Shown here piece by piece: positions 24,302-33,300 of a stretch of 64,000 nt of DNA. The stretch is from Lingula anatina. Its lineage: Eukaryota; Animalia; Brachiopoda. Position 1 is the stretch's first letter; each line of letters begins with the position of its first letter. The notes below the pieces were generated by a model. It saw only the letters and a program-made list of their open reading frames with translations. It was not told the DNA's origin and searched no databases. The translations under genes were made by a program, and so were the position numbers. Location: NCBI GenBank assembly GCA_051362555.1, contig CM120649.1, positions 14,818,001-14,882,000 of the forward strand. The letters run 5' to 3'.

Positions 24302-27300
24302 CGTGCGTGCGTGTGTGTGTGTGGTGTTTGCATGTGTGAGAGAGAGAGTGAGAGAGGCGGTGTGTGTACCTTTTACTGAGTTATTTACTTCCAAAATCAA
24401 GACGATCCACTCACCACATCCATGTTTTTAGATAAAAAAAAATTTTATTTAAAAAAAAATACTTAAGCTTAAAAAGCTGACTCAAGATGTTTTTTCTTAA
24501 AAGCAAACCAGACCTGGGTCATGAAAATATCTGGCTTATCTTAATGAAAAAAAAATAAATAAACAAACAAAATCTGATTTTAGCAACTGACAAAGAACCC
24601 CACAGACTACCCCGACAAGAAAAGCCTACCTCACGTCCAGGTCGCCCTGCGTCTGAACAGTAAGGGAGGACGTCAGCTGAAAGGAGGTGACACTGTGTAT
24701 TACGTTATATGTGAGGTAAGGGAAATGTAGTTACATTATGTTTTGTATTTATCTAAGTGTGTATTCGAGTTGAGTTTCCATGTTGATTTTAATATTTTTT
24801 GGTGCCTGTTAAAAATTTAAGATATCAGCTCTTGTGGGCCATGGTACAATAAAATATTAGGGAAACAGTGAAAAATATGGATGCTATTTAATTGTGAGAA
24901 GCATATAGTATATGTTGGATTAAATTACAGGCTATATTATGTGGTAATTAGAAATTATATATATTAATTAATTGGGGTCAGTTATTGTATTATACCACAT
25001 GATTGAAACAAAGATATGATGAATCCATTAGAATATATCCATTTTTAAAAAAAAATCATCTTGTCATAGGATGGGTCCAGTCTGCCAGCCAGCCAGAGAG
25101 CTTATCATCCCGATGAGTTGGCCAAATCAGATACTCTGAAGATAGGTAGGCTATGTATTATTATAATTGTTTTCTGTTAATGAATTTTTTTTAATCAATA
25201 AATTTTCATGGTTAGGAAAATGTCATCTTGAACTTCATCTCCGTGTATTCTATGACGAAAAAATCAGACATAAGGTTCCTTTTTCACATTTCTGTGAAAA
25301 ATGCTTCATATGTTCTATTCAAGTCATCTGAAACTCTTCATAAGGGCAAATCTAATCTAAATTATATTTCCTTTGTCAGTTGCTCAGAATGCTTTTTATG
25401 ACTCATTTTCTAAACCAATGTGCAAATTGGCACACAAAGTTCATGAGGGCCATTGTGAAACAAAATGTATTGAAAATTTTATTGCTGTTTTACATTGAGT
25501 GGCGAACAATGACCAAAATGAATGATGTCCTTTATGCATTCACCCGAGCAAACAACCCCAGATAATCCTTGTCAACAAGGTCTAAACATGTTTTCATTCA
25601 ATTTTGATGAAGATCATTACAGAATGATAGTGAAGTACTTCCTTGTTTGGCCGTCTGCTTTCAGTATTGGCTCCAATTATGCACATGAACAACTTCTTTG
25701 AGAACAAATAGATTGCGATTATGTTAATCAAATAATGTTGTACATGATATTATACAAAATTCATGAAACTTTAAGTGGTGCACCAGAATCCATTAAATAT
25801 TTACTAGAGTTTTCTAAGTAATCGTTACAGTGTCCACTTGAGCAATTTCTTCGAGTACTGTTACAAAGAGTAAGCAATTGGGAGGTTATCCTTCTCTTAG
25901 GATTTTTGTTCTCGTTCATTATTATTTTACTAAAACCACCAGTGAACAAAGAACTTTGTAACTTTTTGGATTATTTTATGTGGCAATTACTTGAAGATTA
26001 TTCCAATAAAGGAACGGGTATGCTTTCTTTCCTGTCTAGTGAAACTGATAAAATTGTTACGATGCATTGAGAATACACCTCCACATTGTCATCAGTATTT
26101 GTTCACTCACAGCTGTGGACAATTTGTTGACAGAATGCCCTATGGATTAATTGGCGAAAAATCTGTTACTCAGTACTTTTAATTTCAACAAAATGTCGTC
26201 ATTTTAGCTGTACTTGCTTAACACCTGTTTGTACGTAATTAAATGGACAAGTTGAGATGGGGTGAAACAAATTATACATCATAATCGATAGATAAGCCTG
26301 CTGAAAATTTCTTTTTGGTCTGACTGGCAGTATGATGAAAAATTTGCCTGGCTGACTGTAAATTCAAAATGGCAGCTCTTAATTAAGAATTTTGTTTGGT
26401 CTTTTGGACCAACTGCGCACAATTTTTCTACTGATCTTAAAAAATATCAGTCTTGGCCAGTTTGACCGACATTTTTAGCATGTCTGCAATAAGCTCATAA
26501 CCCCTTTATTGCCAATACCAGGCTGAATCTTATTCGGTCATTTTAACCAGTGTTTGCCCAAATGGAGTTTTGTTGTTCAATCAGATACTTCTCCAATACA
26601 TTATAGGTACAACCATTTAAATACATTTTAAAGTCATTCTGTACATACATTGTTTAAGGAAATATATGAGAGATTTGAGTTTTATTGCCAGTTAATTCCA
26701 TGGTGTTGGATAATTTGGTCATTTTTGCCCTTAATGACTTGGCCAAAAGTTGTTTGTTAACAATGAGAATTAATTCTGTGGAGTGGGTTTAAGTTTTGGT
26801 CTTTTTTCCAATTCATATTAGAAATTTAATTTTCATCTTGGCTGTTTTCACACCTTAAATGGCCCTAGATCCCTAGTTGAAAGGTCATTAAGTTATTTTT
26901 ACCTACTTCTTACTTAAACTCCAAATAATCTCTGAAGGTTGGTATTTATATTAGAATTGGAGCCAATGTGCAGTAATTGTCTGAAAAATCATGAAATGAG
27001 TTTGAAATGTTGAATTTTCAGACAACAAATATTACCTGAGCAGTCAGGTGCATCCAGTGGTATCCAGATTGTGCGACCCTATAGAGGGCACTGACGCAGC
27101 TCACATTGCGGAGTGTCTTGGTAAGTTGTTCTCTAAGGGACATTTCTGAGATTTTTTTTTCCAATATTAATACACACTTTGGTCATATTCAACATTGATT
27201 GGATATTGAATTATAGCTTTTTACTTTTAACTTATACTTTCATGAAATACTGACTCTTTGTTACATCTTAGCAGTGAAAAATACTTACCAGATTACTTGA

Positions 27301-30300
27301 CCTTATCCATTCTGATTAATTTCTAAGGTCTGGACCCCACTGGTTACAAACATGCAATAAGTCGTAACGAAGACCGCGACGACGAAGCCATGTTGTCTGT
27401 TGCCTTGTCTGAGGCAGAAAAGTACAAGGATTGCGACCCGTTAAAAGTCAGCTGTCCTGCTTGCGAAAGAGAAATCATCTTTGATAATGTGTTCACAGTT
27501 TTGGTAAGTTGGCGTTGATTCTTTTTGACCATTCCACAGTGAAGATTAGACTTACTGTTCTTCGTAAACACCATAGGTTTGGAACATGGTGAATGTGATC
27601 TTTTTACAGTCAAAAGCTAACTTAAAGTCTCTTTTCACAATGAGTGGTACACTTTATTGGACTGGTACACTTCAAGAGATAGACAACTTAGCAGCCTATA
27701 GCTAGCTACTTTACTTAAGGGTGTATTCAGAATACGTTGATCTGTGGACTAACTGATCTGCAGATAAAGTATGGCCGATCCACTTGAAAGCAATGCTGCA
27801 TAATCTCCTGATGGGTTCCCTGCCTCCCACACTTGCCATCCCTGCAGGGGATTACATGTTAGGCATACTACAGAGTGTACCAGAATATGCTGGATCAGTA
27901 AAATTTACTGTCCAATGTGAAAAATTACTTAGTTTTGGAGTGTTCACTGTAAAGTATTATAACTGCAAGAATCATAAAGTTGAAATGTGAAAATTTTTCT
28001 CCCATTTTTCGGAATCGACATTTGAGTGTTCACTGTAAGACTAGTGTTATAATGCCAATCATCTTATAGTTTTGTGAACATTTGTCTCCCATTTTGAGTG
28101 TTTGTGTGTTCCCTGTCATAGGGTTTTAATTCCAAGAATCATAAAGTTTTATGAACTTTTTTTGTCTGTTTTTCAGGAGCCAATGTTTGAATGTTCCCTA
28201 TCAAAGTGTCCTAACCCCCAGTGTACCAACAACCCATCCTGCTTCGTGCCGCTGATCCAGAATAAACTGACGCTGGCCATCAGGGGCCACCTTCAAAAAT
28301 ACTACCAGGTAAGATAATGACTGGGTCTTTGTAATGGGCGAAATTATCAAACTTCAAAAATACTTCCAGGTAAGCAATACAAAGCAAGCATCTCAATACG
28401 CTGATAGATATGGATGGCTATGAAGTATTGGTGCATCAGTTATGTGTATGTAAGTTTGTTATGGTAATCACTCGTGCTTCTTGGAGGTAATCCATATCAG
28501 TGATATGGACACAATATGCTAAAGGGTACATGCAAGCAAGCAAGTATTCAAGCTTATAATAAACATTTATATTTTTAAAAAATCACAATACTCCTCATAG
28601 AGGGATATGGCTCAGTTTGAAATAGTAAGATTTGTCCACTACTTATCAAGCTGGTCTAGAAAAGGTTAGCAATGATTATTATTAAAATGATTAAACTTTC
28701 CCGATTGTTTGGAAAGCCCCATACTTGGGTGTTGCAGAGCTCTGTACCTTCAGATTGAAACTACAACTGGAAAAATCCAAATATACAATTCTATTTTTCA
28801 TAATCAGTTTTGAAGAGATATTCAACTGTTAACACACTGTAATCTGTTTCATATGTCATTTGCAGGGCTGGATGAAATGTGAGGACTCTGCGTGTAGTGC
28901 GAGGACTCGGCGGCTCCCTCTGGTTTTCCAAAGGGGGCACCCCATGTGCCAGGCCTGCCATCGCGGCACCCTGCATCCCGAGGTGAGTTTTGGGACAAAT
29001 GCATTTTCTGTGGTGTGATGTGAACAAAATTGTTTGCAATTGCATGAATTGTAAATTTAATAGCCTTATGTACCCCTGTGTGTATGTGCAAGCATGTGCG
29101 TATATGCATGTGTGCTTTACGTCTCATGTAAATCAATAAAAGGAATTAATATAAATACATATAAAGTTCATTACAATTAAAGAAAATGAGAGTTTAGATC
29201 ACAGTTAAGTTGAAAATTATTATTAGGCATAGAATTTGATAAACTAGGGTTTAACAAGCATCCAAGCAGCTAGAAGTCTGCTAACCCTTGTGTGAACAGG
29301 TCTAAGTGTAGTTTGACTGTTACATATCCCAATATCCATGTACGTGAACAGCAGTGCATCTGTGCGTGTTGTTTGGTATGTGATTGCGATGTAGAAGTAT
29401 GTGACGTCTGCCATATCATCAGCTGTGCACAATGGGAGAATAATGACACTCTTCATATGGTTTTAAGTGGCTTGTATTTGGATCTTCATGAGGATCCCAG
29501 AAGGGTTTCTGGGAAAAAATTGGACATGTAGATGGAGATGGACATAAGAATGCTTATTTTTGTCAGATGAAGAAATGGAATTAAAATTTCATTTTAATTA
29601 GTTTAACACCTTTAGAAAAACCAGCATCAGTCTAATAAGTTTATCACCCTCAGAAAAAAGTAAAATATAATAAAGTGTAAGAAAGAAAGAAACAGAGAAA
29701 TAAAAAAAAATAAAATTAATAAGTAAATAAAATAATTAAATTGAATTGGAAAAAAGTTTCTAAATGTGATTGTAGAGGTAAGTTGATAACATAACAAACA
29801 TGAAAACTGCACAGGGTAACAGACTTTGAAAAAATTAATATTTAATATCTTTTTATGAGGTTCAGCATTATTTTTACCCAAAACGGTTGTTAATAAAGAT
29901 ATTATCGACTTAACTTAGGTTGAATTATAAAGAAATTGATAACTTTTAATCATTTTGTTTGTCAATATTGCCAATAAATGCAAAGAAGCCAGTGTGAAAC
30001 AGTTATTTTTCTTTAAAAAATTGGCTTCATTTTAAATTTTGATTTTATTTGAAGGACATTTGTTGATAATAAGATCAGAATAATCCAGCTGTCACTTTGG
30101 TTAGTGCGCGTCGCATTAAATTCGAGAAGATGTCGCCACAGATATGACAGCTGAGTTATGAAGATAAACTACCCATAGACATGACATGTGTTGCACTGGT
30201 CAGTGTCAGTGACCCTCTTTGAGAAAAAATGTTTTCTTACTACTGGAAAAAAATTTAAAATATGGTTTTATAGTCCTTCAGTGTGAACAGATTTAGTCTA

Positions 30301-33300
30301 TTTGACTGCGGTCTAACTTAGTCTTGTGTGTGAATAAACCTTGTCTATTTCTGGTCTAATTTAGTCCTGTGTGTGAACAAACCTAGTTTATTTCTGGTCT
30401 AATTTAGTCCTGTGTGTGAACAAACCTAGTTTATTTCTGGTCCTAGTTAGTCCTGTGTGTGAACAAACCTAGTTTATTTCTGGTCCTAGTTAGTCCTGTG
30501 TGTGAACAAACCTAGTTTATTTCTGGTCCTAGTTAGTCCTGTGTGTGAACAAACCTAGTTTATTTCTGGTCCTAGTTAGTCCTGTGTGTGAACAAACCTA
30601 GTTTATTTCTGGTCCTAGTTAGTCCTGTGTGTGAACAAACCTAGTTTATTTCTGGTCCTAGTTAGCCCTGTGTGTGAACAAACCTAGTTTATTTCTGGTC
30701 CTAGTTAGTCCTGTGTGTGAACAAACCTAGTTTATTTCTGGTCCAAGTTAGTCCTGTGTGTGAACAGACCTAGTTTATTTCTGGTCCTAGTTAGTCCTGT
30801 GTGTGAACAAACCTAGTTTATTTCTGGTCCAAGTAAGTCCTGTGTGTGAACAGACCTAGTCTACAGGTCACAATGACAATTTTTGAATATTTTAATATCA
30901 AAATAATGCACTATTTGCATACTTCATGGCTTGGTAAAGAGTGGTTCACAGCATTTTGCCCTGTAGTTTTAAAAGAAAGATGTAGCATGTCTTTTAAAGC
31001 ATTTAAAAAAAAAAATGACTGCTCTAGTTCCACTAGCAGTTTAATTTAAATTAAAAAGAAAAACTGTTCAAAGAAAACAAAAACCTTTTTTTTTCAAATA
31101 TAAAAAGCCAGTGAGATGTTTTTTTTTAACTTAAATAAACTTAAGGCAAGGAAACAAAATCAGATGACTAATTTACTCTCCCAGAAGCCTTTTTTCCTAA
31201 CTGTTGGTGTGGAATTTTGTTTCAATCTGTTGCCAGGGTTTTTTTATACTTGTCATGATATTCAAAATGTGACATTGCATGTAATATCATGCAATTGGCA
31301 GGAGATGTCTGAGAAGCATTAGCGTGTTGCTGCGGAGTTATGTGTAAGCCCTGAACTTGCATGACTCGTTAGATTACAATCAATTATCACTTTCAGCACA
31401 GATTTATTTCTCACTCATAATGAGACACTTCATGATATATGGTATGTGTACTGATAGTCATGAATTATGTGACTCACAATTTTTACGGTCATAATTTTTT
31501 TTCAATTTTATACCTTTATTATTAGTATTATTTTTGGTAAACTGTTCTTGCAATAAACTTACGTAAATTGTTGCGCAACTGCAGTGCACTAAAATAACCC
31601 TTGACAACATGTTTGATAACTGTTAACACCTATTCCCTTCAATATGTTGTGTAAAAAAAAGTTCAGAAACAAGGTTGAAATAGCTGTTACATAAGGAAGT
31701 GTTGTAACATAACACATGTTTATGCAATTGTATGTGAAAAGAGGCATGCAAAACTCAGACAACGCAGCATGTTGCTCAGGAGTGAACCAGGAATTTTAAA
31801 TTAGATAATTCCCTTTTACCTGTTACATGGAGACCTGGGAGACTTTATATTGTGAAGTAGGATGAATCTTTTTTTTATAATGTTTCTGTGTTTTCTTCAG
31901 TGTATGTAAATGACAGCTAAATGTTTTTTAATGCATTTCCATTAAACCCTTTTTTTTGGAATTGAAGCAGTTTTATTGTCAAGAAACTGTAATGTCCCCC
32001 TTTTACTGGCAGATAATAATAATAATAATTATTATTATTATTATCATTATTATTATTTTGGAAAATGGAAATTTTATTAGCATGTGTGTTGATGGACAAA
32101 TGCAACTATACAGTTAACTAGATAGGAACACAAATGAAATTTTTAATATAGTTTAAACAGCTGTTAGTGACTAAGGGTGCATTCCCAGAGATTTAGATCG
32201 ATCCAGAGATTTAGATCGACCTAACTCTGGAGGTTCACGCTAAATTTAAAGTTATTTATTCAAAAATAAAATTCTTTTCAGTTAAGTTGTGTGCATGTGT
32301 GTGTGTAAGTGTGTGTGCCCACCACTCAAATATATGTGTTGTATCCCATGGACAGGGATTCTGTCCCATTTTGGCAGATTTCCTGCTTTTTATTGGTGAA
32401 AGCCAGATCTTGTAAAAATAATTATCAAAAATGGGGGGAAATTTAGGAGAGGTGAAGGAATTTCTTCTTTTTCAGCATTCTCTCATCCCATTGCTGTTTG
32501 CTGAGGCAGTTTTGTTATAATTAAAGTCCAAATTTGTGTCAATTTTATTTTTCAGTATACTGAGTCCGCTCTGTATCACCAGCTGTGTTACTACCGTTTC
32601 ATGTTTGATCTTCCAAAGGCAATCCAAAATGTATCAAAAAAGCACCAAGGTAAGAGGAAAAACATAAGAAAAACGAAAATTTATTGATAAAAAATAAATA
32701 ATTTAACACCACTGATGATTAATCCCACATAAAGAATTGTATTGTGGTCCCTGGTGAGATGCTATGATGCAGTTTGATCCGGTTTACAGTCCAAGTAAGT
32801 CCATGTGTGAACTGTCCTGTTGTTGATGATGTGTCAAAGTATAATAATATAGGTGCCACCTCCCAGCTGTCACCTGTCACCTATAAGGTGAGAGTATCAG
32901 CATATTAATTTAACCTGTATAATAGATTATAGTCTGCAATGTTAGCCACTGAACCAACTGCCAATGGCAGTAAAAATTGGTCTGGGCCAGTGAGTTAACG
33001 GCCCTACTGGGTCAGTGGATTTTTTTATTTTTTCAGCTGTAACATGTACTTCAATATGTTTTATAAATATTCAGGCTGGAGCTTGACATCTTTTCATTAA
33101 AAAACTTAAAAAAAAAAACATTATTCTATATTATTATATAAAACCTGTAATTTGAAAGTATTTTGACTGAGATTAAGGTTTTCAATCCAAGGAGCAGATA
33201 TGATAATGTCAAGCAAGTTGGCTGGGTACAATTAATTATGGAGGAGAATAAAAAAGATATTCTGCAACCTCAAAAGCTTGTGGTATTTAATTTAAGAAAA

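Noticed and set aside
23534-24400. Minus-strand ORFs overlapping POLA1 exons 28-29
   Set aside because: Antisense shadows of coding exons plus microsatellite sequence.
30281-30862. Regular repeats resembling a CRISPR array
   Set aside because: Head-to-tail near-identical units with no unique spacers, inside a eukaryotic intron, and no cas genes.
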